From positions 1-64,000 of IMG/VR virus record IMGVR_UViG_3300033999_000083: DNA of 64,000 nucleotides, one strand, 5' to 3'. The number at the start of each line of letters is the position of its first letter. The stretch's first letter is position 1. The position numbers were made by a program, and so were the translations under genes. The stretch is from a virus. Its lineage: Duplodnaviria; Caudoviricetes. The notes below the pieces were generated by a model. It ran no database searches, was not told where the DNA came from, and worked only from the letters and a program-made list of their open reading frames with translations. Shown here piece after piece: positions 54,997-64,000 of this stretch.

Positions 54997-56009
54997 TGAA
55001 TAAAATAAGTGCTAATATTGTAGCTGACTCAATATCTATACATGGGGATAGAGTTACTACATTTTTACTTACCTTTCCTAGATTTATACTACCTGAATTA
55101 AATACTCACAGAATGTTTTCACGTAATAGTGCTAGTAGTAGGGCTATACCTTTTGAAAAAATGGTTAAAATGGTAGAAGAAGATCCATTTATACCTATAG
55201 CCTGGCAAAAAGATCACAAAGGTATGCAGGGTACTGAGTATTTTAATGAAGAGGAATCTAAATCTAAAATTAAAGAGTGGTTAATTGCTAGAGATAATGC
55301 TGTTACTCAAGCTAAAAAACTACATTCTGAAGGTGTAACAAAACAACTATGTAATAGATTATTAGAACCTTTTTTATGGCATACAGTATTACTTACTGCA
55401 ACTGAGTTTGAAAACTTTTTTAAACTCAGATGTCCGCAATATGTAATTAATTGGTATCCAAAAGATAGACCAGAAGCTTTAGAACCAACTCAAGCTACAT
55501 TTAAAAGTAAAGAGCAAGCAATCCTATATACAGGAGAATGTTCTAATTGGACAGAAAATGATTGGAGAATGAGTAACATAGCTCAAGCAGAAATACATAT
55601 GCAAGCATTAGCAGAAGCTATGTGGGATGCTTATAATAAATCTACCCCTGTATTTCTTAGAGAGAATCAGTGGCATATTCCTTATAGAGAGAATATAGAT
55701 AAAGATAATATTGATGATGTTATTAAAATAGCAACTGCAAGATGTGCTAGACTGTCTTATATGACATTTGATAATGAGATTGATTATGAAAAAGATATAA
55801 AACTTCATGACAAACTCATAGAAAATTGTCATTTAAGCCCTTTAGAGCACATTTGTCAATGTTTAACTGAAGAAGAATATCAAGCTAGTACAAAAACAAT
55901 AGGTTTTTATAATGGAAGAATAATTCTGGAAGAGGGTTGGTGTGGTAATCTTAGAGGATTTAAATCTTATAGATATATAATAGAGAATGGAATATATAGA
56001 TCTTATTAA
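54996..56009 (+). CDS. thyX: flavin-dependent thymidylate synthase
   Basis: ELNTHRMFSRNSASSRAIP, KQLCNRLLEPF, ARCARLSY, HLSPLEH. Confidence 0.92.
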   Translation: MNKISANIVADSISIHGDRVTTFLLTFPRFILPELNTHRMFSRNSASSRAIPFEKMVKMVEEDPFIPIAWQKDHKGMQGTEYFNEEESKSKIKEWLIARDNAVTQAKKLHSEGVTKQLCNRLLEPFLWHTVLLTATEFENFFKLRCPQYVINWYPKDRPEALEPTQATFKSKEQAILYTGECSNWTENDWRMSNIAQAEIHMQALAEAMWDAYNKSTPVFLRENQWHIPYRENIDKDNIDDVIKIATARCARLSYMTFDNEIDYEKDIKLHDKLIENCHLSPLEHICQCLTEEEYQASTKTIGFYNGRIILEEGWCGNLRGFKSYRYIIENGIYRSY

Positions 56010-56199
56010 TAATGCATATTTACACAAAGTAAAAAATTACACTATTAATATAATAAGTAAATATCCTAATATTAAGAATTTAATAGAAGATGAATATTAC
56101 AAACTTCTTATAAAAATAGCTAACAGAGAATTAAAAAATAATGATTTTTCAAATTATTATAGACAAACTGAAATTTTGATTATGAAAAATTTAGGATAA
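55987..56199 (+). CDS. small hypothetical protein
   Basis: Last + strand ORF in the track before the strand switch. Confidence 0.5.
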   Translation: MEYIDLINNAYLHKVKNYTINIISKYPNIKNLIEDEYYKLLIKIANRELKNNDFSNYYRQTEILIMKNLG

Positions 56200-56319
56200 T
56201 AATATATTGTAAAATCAATGTAAAGGCTATACAAATACATTAGGATCAATTCAAAAGTTGGTTATGAAGAAGATGTTAACTGAAATTTTTTAAAGTCTTA
56301 GAAAGGATATTTAAAAATA

Positions 56320-56539
56320 GGAGAGATGGCGGAATTGGTTAGACGCATAGAGATGGTAAGATTGGTAGAGACCGTGTTTTGCGACATGGAATAATACATA
56401 AACCCATGTGAGTTAGTGAATTGAAGGCTTTTGTCAAAAACACATAACAAGCATGACTGTTCAATTCAGTCCTAGAAACTGGAAGCTGACCTCCATTTCA
56501 AAATCCAATCATGCAGGTTCAAATCCTGCTCTCTCCCCA
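56320..56539 (+). ncRNA. tRNA-like RNA with ~150-nt structured insert replacing the anticodon arm
   Basis: Acceptor GGAGAGA/TCTCTCC + CCA; D arm GCG-GAATTGGTTAGA-CGC; T arm GCAGG-TTCAAAT-CCTGC; internal helices and pseudoknots. Confidence 0.8.
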
Positions 56540-56595
56540 ATTAAAATAGTTAAAAACTATTTTGTTTCCATTTTATTTTTGTTTGTTTGTTAGAA

Positions 56596-56681
56596 AAAGG
56601 GAATAGTCTGTATAGATTATTCCCTTTATTTTTTTAATAAAAAAGCCGAGTACAGAAATTACTGTATTCGGCTTATTTTTT
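56596..56681. terminator. two hairpin terminators at the convergence of the + and - modules
   Basis: AAAGGGAATAGTCT/AGATTATTCCCTTT + T run; AAGCCGAGTACAG/CTGTATTCGGCTT flanked by A and T runs. Confidence 0.85.
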
Positions 56682-59600
56682 TTATCTTAACATTTCAAAC
56701 ATACCTATAGATTGTGCAGCTGCTTTACCCAAAGTCTTGTCACCTTGAATAACATCTCCTACATTTTGCGTGGCTCCTAAACTCCAACTTAATCATGCTG
56801 GTTCGGAACTTAATGCTCCAAAAGTATTATTTCATAAATTATACTCATTAAGTACTTTTGTATTAACAGCATCCATAAAGGCTACAGTTTCACCACTAAA
56901 AGTACCTCTTTCAGTAGAATCTTTCATTGAGTCGTATATAGCTCTCATAATACCTAATATCATAAAGATCAAAACAGAATCTCCTATAGCATAAAGAGTT
57001 CTATTCACTCTTCATTTATTCTTTTTAAGATCATCCCAGTTTAATCTAACCAAATCATTTATTGTATAAAAGACAGAATAAAATATACCTTCTTGTGGAG
57101 TACCATTTCAAGCCATAAGTTTTTCATCTGTTTCATATTCTACAATTTCTCTTTTTGGAACACCATACTCATCTAATACTGGATCACCATTTTCATCTAC
57201 AACATCTTTAAGATATAAATGTATTGGTTTACCTTTATCATCGAGTATTAGATTGCCATCAGCATCTTTTTTGACTGCATGTTCAAACTTACCTACAGGA
57301 GATGCATCAGCTGATATTGGTTTACCAAATCAAAATTGCATCTTAGATGGCCAATACTGCATAAATTGAAAGAATGCAATTCCTGCTAACTTATTATTAA
57401 TTTGAGCTTGTGCATCTTTATCATATGCTCCATATACTCTATCAGCCATAGCTTTTATTGAGTTTCTTTCTTTAAGAGTATAAGCTTTAGGAATTAAATC
57501 TTTTTCTGTAAGATGACCTTCTCCTACAATAGCATATTCAGAATTAAATTGTTCTATCATTAAAAGATATAGATTTCTTTGCTCATTGTATAAAGAGTCT
57601 CCAGATTTTTTAGTATAATTGCCATCAGCATCCTTATACTTTTCCCTTTCTGCTAAGTAATAGGAAAATCTTTTATCTTTTCTTGGATCATATACTAAAG
57701 TATTTCCTTTCATAGAATGCGCTTCATAAGAACCATCTTTAATCATTCTAGCTAATAATATGGCTAACCTATTAAAGTAATCTCCACCAGTTGATGTAGC
57801 AAACATTCATCTACCTAATCCCCTTGCCAATCCTAATTTATCATGTTGAACTTTTTCTGGCATGGTTGCTATATCCATATTAGCTATTCTATACTCATTA
57901 TTTAATGCCTCTATTAAATTATGTTCTACAGCTTGTTTTAACCCTACAGTTAATAACTTTTCATAAGCCTTTATCATTTCTTTTTCTCCAAAGTCAGCAT
58001 GTATTCCTGTACCAGCAGTAAGTAGATTTCTTATAGTTCCAACAGTTATTTCTTTTACTAACATAGTTGGTCTAAAAGCTAGCATTGCTATAGTAGAAAA
58101 TTTCTTTTGAAAAGCTAATCCTTGAGCTATATTTTTCTCTTCATCATCCACTAATGGTTTACTAAATACTGCTAGGTTTACCTGGTTAACTATATAGTTT
58201 AGTTGCTTCCTAACCTTTTCATCCATCTTTCCTCCCATTAACTTCATTCACCATACATATGATTCAATAGTTGGGAGTATTATATCAAATATTCTTTTTC
58301 TAGTTTTATAAAAAGCTACCTTATGAGCTATAGTATCAAGATTTAGTTCAAAATAATCTATTTGCTCCCTATCCATCATTCTTGCTCTTGTCTCATCATC
58401 TTGACTTCCAAACACATCATACATTTGAAAAAACCCAAGTCTTTGATGTTCTATATTTTCTACATCAAGTGAGGAGAATTCTCTAGGATCTATGGTGTCT
58501 CTTAGATTATCTTTTACCATATTATATCACTCACCAAACCCAGTTACAAGTCTTTTATATTTAGAGATTTCTTCTCTCCTCATAAGTGGCATTTTAAAAT
58601 AATCTCCAGATTCTATTCTAGCTTTTAGTCATTTATTATTAGTAATGTTCTCTAAGTTAGTTGGATCTATAGAATAAATTTCATTTTCTGGTAATCCAGC
58701 CATGAAACCATTTATATAAAGCAATGTTTGTTTTAAATATTTTCTCTGGTCTTCAGTTAAAGCATTTTCTTCATCAATTATATATGGATTTTTAGCTCTA
58801 AAAGATTTATCAATTTTTCCAGTTTCTTTATCCTTTACAAAAAAGTCAGCATGTATAGATTGAGTTTCCCCTCAAGTCATTTGTTTAAACTTACCATATC
58901 CTAGTTTTCTATAAAGTTCATCAGTTAAAGGTCATTGGTGTTCACTAAATTTATTAAGTTTCTGTCCATTTATAGAGTTGCCATTAGCAACCATCTCATT
59001 TATATTCCTTAAGTCTTTGGATTGAACAAATTCTGGATTAATCCAGGATAACCCACCTATTATACCAAGTATTCTATTACCTTTTTTATCATATTTTCTT
59101 TGATTCTTGTTAAGAATACCTAATCACAGAGACTGAAAATCTCCAGCCTCGATACTATATTCTGTTAAACCTTGAAAATCAACTTCAGGTTTTATACCAG
59201 ATTTAGATAATATAGCTGTTTGTAATAAAGCATATAATACTTCTGTTGGATTTTGAAAATCTAGTTCTTTAGTTGGTTCTACATCTCTATATTCAGGAAA
59301 AGCTATTAGAAATTGATCCCTTGCTTCAATTAATCTTTCTCTTGATATTTCGTCAAACCTATTATTTTGCAGTATAGAAAATATATTTTCAACTTCTTTT
59401 TGTCCTTTACCTGCATAGTTTTTTACATAAGTATTTAGAGTCATTAATGCAAGATCTTCTGTTCCTACTAAATCATTGTCATTAATTTTTATTTTATCTC
59501 CCATACCTACTTCATTCATTCTTCTTCTAAACCAAGTAAGAACAGTTGCAGAAGACCTATATCTACTTTTTCCATTCCTACTATTAAAAACTATTATTTC

Positions 59601-61322
59601 TCCTAACTTATAAGCTCCTTTGGCTAAAAGAACATCTTTATATTCATTTAAGAAATACATAGCTTTTAACATTTCTACCTGGTCATAAGTCATTCCTTTA
59701 ATTCCAGATTCTGCTCATAAGTTATGAACTGTAATATCAAATAAATTTATTATTCCAGTTTTAGTATTTCTCATGACAATTATTCCTAAGGCATCAGCTT
59801 CGTTAATACCTTCTAAAACTTGCCAATCATCATTTAAATATTCTGTTAATACGTGGTCTAAAGCTATATCTTTTTTACTTGGATTTTTTCCTAATTTTAT
59901 ACTAGAACCTGTAGCAATAGATGATATTACAGCATTTTTTACTACACTAACACCTCTACCTTCTAATGATTTTACATGATTTACATATAAAGCCATCTTT
60001 TCTCTAAACTTTGCTTCTGCTTCCTCAGCAGTTTGATGTTCAGTAGTTTCTATTATCATCCCTTCTGGTAATCCATCTATATCTTTAAAACCATTATATT
60101 TTTTAAATACTCCAGTTTTTTCAAATCTTTCTCTAGAGTTTTTCATTAATAACTCTAAATCATTATCTTCCCACTCTGTTTTAACTCTGTAATCTGGAAA
60201 CAATAATTTATTCAAAGAATCTTTAAGTGCTGCTATTTTATTTGGATCATACTCAGGTTTAATTTTTCTAGGAAGTAATATCTCAGCAATAGAAGATATT
60301 TGTCTATACTTTTCTAAACCAGAGACTCCTTGAGTAGTTCTGTTTATTGGAGTTCCAAATTTTAAAGTAGTTACATCACCTAACTTACTAAATTCTATAG
60401 GTATTATATAAAGCCTAGTGTTTTCTACATCTATATGTTGTCCTAATAATTGTCTTTCTAGAGCTAGCTCCCAATCATAAGTAAGAGTTTTAGATTCATC
60501 CCAATCACTAAAAGGATGTTTAGATATTTTCACATCATATATACTAGCCACTCCAGAAGTATTAACAGTTACTATACCTAGTTTAGCTTTTAATTGAACA
60601 TTATTTGCTTTATTAGGTAAAGATACTAAATGAATAGAGCGTAAGGGTTCTCCTTCTAAAGAACGTATTATATTACCAATAATAGACTTTATTCTTTCTT
60701 CTCATATAGATATATCTACATCATTACCAAATATCTCTGGATTCTCTGAATAAAATTTTCTAAAATCTTCTTCAAATTTTCCATTATTTGATAAAATCAT
60801 ATCTACTCATTCATGAAACTTAATACTAAAATTTTTAGTCATTTCTTCTATTCTAATCCTACTTTCTACTTCAGCAAGTGCAGGTATTAAGTCTTTATCA
60901 TCGTATTGTTTTAATACAGGATCTCTCTTTAACATCTCTAAATATTCTGGAGTATAGACTGCACCAGTGTTGTTAGTATACTCTTCTAAATGTGCCTTAA
61001 CAAATTCTAGAATTCTATTTTCTTGTATAAATTCTGGAGCTAACCTACTCTGTCCTTTTAGTGCTGCTATATTTCCAAATATTTCAGCATGAGGTTTAGT
61101 AATAAATTCATACACAGTTTCTACATCTGTAGCTTCATAATAAGATTTAGGAGAATTAGCTTTAAGTATTTCTCTTTTAATACTATCTACCACATCTTCA
61201 GAACTAAATATAGAATTTGAAGCTAAAATACTAGTTTCTTTTAGAAAATCTTCATATACAGAACTTTCTAAATCATATCTTATTAATTCACCATTTTCTT
61301 TTTTATAATAAAAGCATCCCAT
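56682..61322 (-). CDS. giant protein (1546 aa with TGA=Trp), likely virion/ejected protein; contains a PD-(D/E)xK-like segment
   Basis: Six track ORFs share one frame, broken only by 15 TGA codons, no TAA/TAG until 56682-56684; SIYDVKIS...YDWELALERQLL. Confidence 0.9.
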
Positions 61323-61323
61323 A

Positions 61324-64000
61324 TTAATCACATTTTAGTATTATTTTATTTTTAGCCCATTCTCTAAATGAAGCTTCTGAATCTATTAATCTAACATTAT
61401 AGTAAGGAGAAGATATATCACTTTTATAATTAAATATATCTTTTAAAGATGACTTAAACAATTCTTCAGGATTATTTATTGCTCTTTCTATATTTAAACT
61501 AAAATCAGGATTTATTTTTTTAATTACATTATATAACTGTTGAGCTACTATCTCTGCTTTATCTAAAAAATCAGTAATATAATCACCTTGTAAAGCATTA
61601 ACTATAGCTTTAACAAACTGTTCCTCTCTTTCTGAAATATCTTCCTCATTTTCATTTTTTCCTAGTACAGATTCAATTGTTCTTTCGTATGTACTGTAAT
61701 CACTGTATCTGAGTAATGTTAAAAATATATGTAAATTTTCATGAACTAGATCTGACTTAGTACCTTTATTTCCATTTAATAATATAGAAGTTTTTAGTTT
61801 ATCATCTACTACTTCAGTTTTTATTTTAGCAAATTGATTATTTTTAAACTCTTTACTATCATTACTTATATCTACATCTATACTATAATTTCCAAAGTAT
61901 GCTTTCATTTTATCTAATAAATCCTGCATACCAGCAATATTAAGAATTTCATCATGAGATAAGATACCTCCCGTAGCTTTTAACAAAACATTGGTTTTAC
62001 TGTTACCACTTTGTAAGTATAGATTATATATTGCACCATCTGGAGTTGTGTCTTTACCATCTATCTTTATTGGGGTTTGATATAATTGTTTTTTACTAAA
62101 TATTCTTTCTACAGTTATAATATCACCTTTATCATTAGTTCTGTTTGTATGAGCTATAATTTCATTTCCAACATCTTCCATAACTCTGTACATAGTGTCA
62201 GATAAACTTCCATGTTCAGCTATAGTAAAATATACACCTTTCTTTAAAGGATTTATTCTTTCTTTTTCTTCTATCGGTATTTTATTAAAATCAGTAATCT
62301 TTCTAAGATCAGATAAATTTCTTTGATACTTTCTAGAACCATTTAAGTCAGTAACATAAAGTTTAGTATTTTTATCTATAATTTTAAAGAATGTAGCTTT
62401 TACATAATTAGTAATATCTTTATATCCTCTTGGAATATCGGTATATTTATCTATATATCTACCTATATTAGCATAACCAGTTGGAAAAAATACTAAACTA
62501 TTTTCATCTACATCGTTAGGAATAATATATTTCACTTCTACAAGATTAGTTTCTTGTTCTGCAATCCCAATTGGTTTAGGGGTTACTTTTCAATTATTGA
62601 CTCTTAAAATATGCACAGTGTATGGAGATGAGATATCTCTTGGAGTATAAAATTGTATATTAGATATATTGGATATATCTACTGTTTCATATACTTTAGA
62701 GGTGTCTGTAAATATTATACCTTTATTTTTATCTACTATTTTACCATATACTGTAGTTCCATTTAGTTTGCCATAAAAATAATCCCCTTTAGTAGCTTTA
62801 TTAATATCAAAAAATGAAGATAGTGTTCTAGCTGATATACTCGAAGTATTAACGTTATCTATTATTTCTTTTCTTTCATTACTAGTAAACACAGCATTCG
62901 AGTGCATCCATGCTTTACTATCTCTTAATTCTATTCTTGAAATTGGTTTTATGTACCTTTTATTGTCATTACCTACTATTATAAATACATAATCTGGATT
63001 AGAATATACCACAACTGCTTTATTTTTAATAGTAGATGTGGGATCTACTATAATATCATCTTTTGATATAAGATTTACATCACGTATTTCTGTATAAGCA
63101 TTATAATTAAAGTTCTTAAGTACATTAGAATATACTTTATACAATTCTCCTAATTTGGCTGAATTAAAATTCTTTACATCAGAATATGCTTGTTTAATAA
63201 ATTCATCACCAGATTTTACATATAGATATGCAGGATATACACCTACTACAGTACCTATATCTGTTTTATCGCCAATCATTGCATTGTCTTTTATAAACTC
63301 TTGCAAATCGTTTCTAGACAAATACTTAAAATTTCTTCTTAATTCTACAAGATTATCATTAGTTAAAATCTCAGCATCTGGATCATATGGTATTTTAGGA
63401 TTTTCTCTTTTTCTTATAAACAACTCATCTCCTGGTAAATATGCTTTCTTAAAATATTTGTAATTACCTTCCTGATCTTTGTATAAACTAACTATATAGA
63501 CACCATTATTTTTTGGAAATATGTTCTGAATAATATATGGATTAAAATGTTTTTTACCAGTTTCATCTACTCTAGGAACCATTAACAAGTCTTTTCCTAT
63601 GGAAACATTTTGAACTATATATTTATAATCTACGTTGTCTAATTTAATCATTTCAGAAAATAAATCATCCTTAGCTTTTGTATAATCAAATAAATTTATA
63701 GCTTCAGCATAAGACTTTATCTTATCAACATTATATTCACTACTAAATGCTTTTTCCATTTCTAGAAATTGCTGTTGATTTATAATCTCCCTAATTACAT
63801 TGTATCCGTAACTATTTGGGTTTAAATTTTGAAACACACTTTTAGTAGTACTATATAAAGAATTTGTAGAGTCTAGTCTATTAGTGACTAACTTTATTAT
63901 TTCAGAAATTACATTATTATTCTCTTTACTTTCTAATAATTTTTCAAACTTAGAAGGATTAACTGCTTCTTCTGCTATATTATCAAAAAATTCTTTAGAA
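61324..64000 (-). CDS. giant protein (5' end outside window) with zincin-like HExxH motif; one in-frame TGA at 62590
   Basis: Frame open from 64000 to TAA at 61324-61326 except for one TGA; LVHENLH. Confidence 0.85.

Noticed and set aside
2397-55832. Short minus-strand ORFs antisense to + strand genes, and + strand ORFs at 56770, 59773 and 63155
   Set aside because: Shadow frames of real genes with no recognisable motifs
1134-56199. Genome-wide code 4
   Set aside because: Many + strand genes end in TGA within ATGA start/stop overlaps, and paralogs 9349/9810 both end RIK-TGA
56320-56539. tmRNA or selenocysteine tRNA
   Set aside because: No G3.U70, full D stem present, shorter than tmRNA and no clear tag ORF; lacks the long acceptor and variable arms of tRNA-Sec
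56682-64000. Eight separate genes or a decayed pseudogene, as in the ORF track
   Set aside because: All breaks are TGA in a constant frame with no frameshifts or TAA/TAG, which random decay would not produce

Overview
About 64 kb of an AT-rich lytic bacteriophage genome, most consistent with a crAss-like (Crassvirales-type) phage of a Bacteroidota host. The evidence is TAnnTTTG promoter boxes, the PolA/DnaB/primase/NrdJ/ThyX/ligase module and giant convergent minus-strand genes. 1-17 kb: small early hypothetical genes, often tandem paralogs, several structured non-coding RNAs and tRNA(-like) genes. 17-56 kb: replication and nucleotide-metabolism genes with five group I introns (one in an AAA ATPase, two in polA, two in nrdJ), four of them carrying homing endonucleases. 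56.7-64 kb: two giant minus-strand genes that are open only if TGA is read as Trp. Main signals: (1) a dual genetic code, with TGA as stop in many + strand genes but as sense in the giant genes; (2) single in-frame TGA codons in three + strand nucleases (two intron homing endonucleases and the Holliday junction resolvase), suggesting opal-gated late nuclease expression; (3) a tRNA scaffold with a ~150-nt pseudoknotted insert and a UCA triplet at anticodon spacing; (4) a D-arm-less tRNA-Ile-like RNA; (5) a ~400-nt ornate ncRNA. All assignments come from motif reading by eye; no searches were run.
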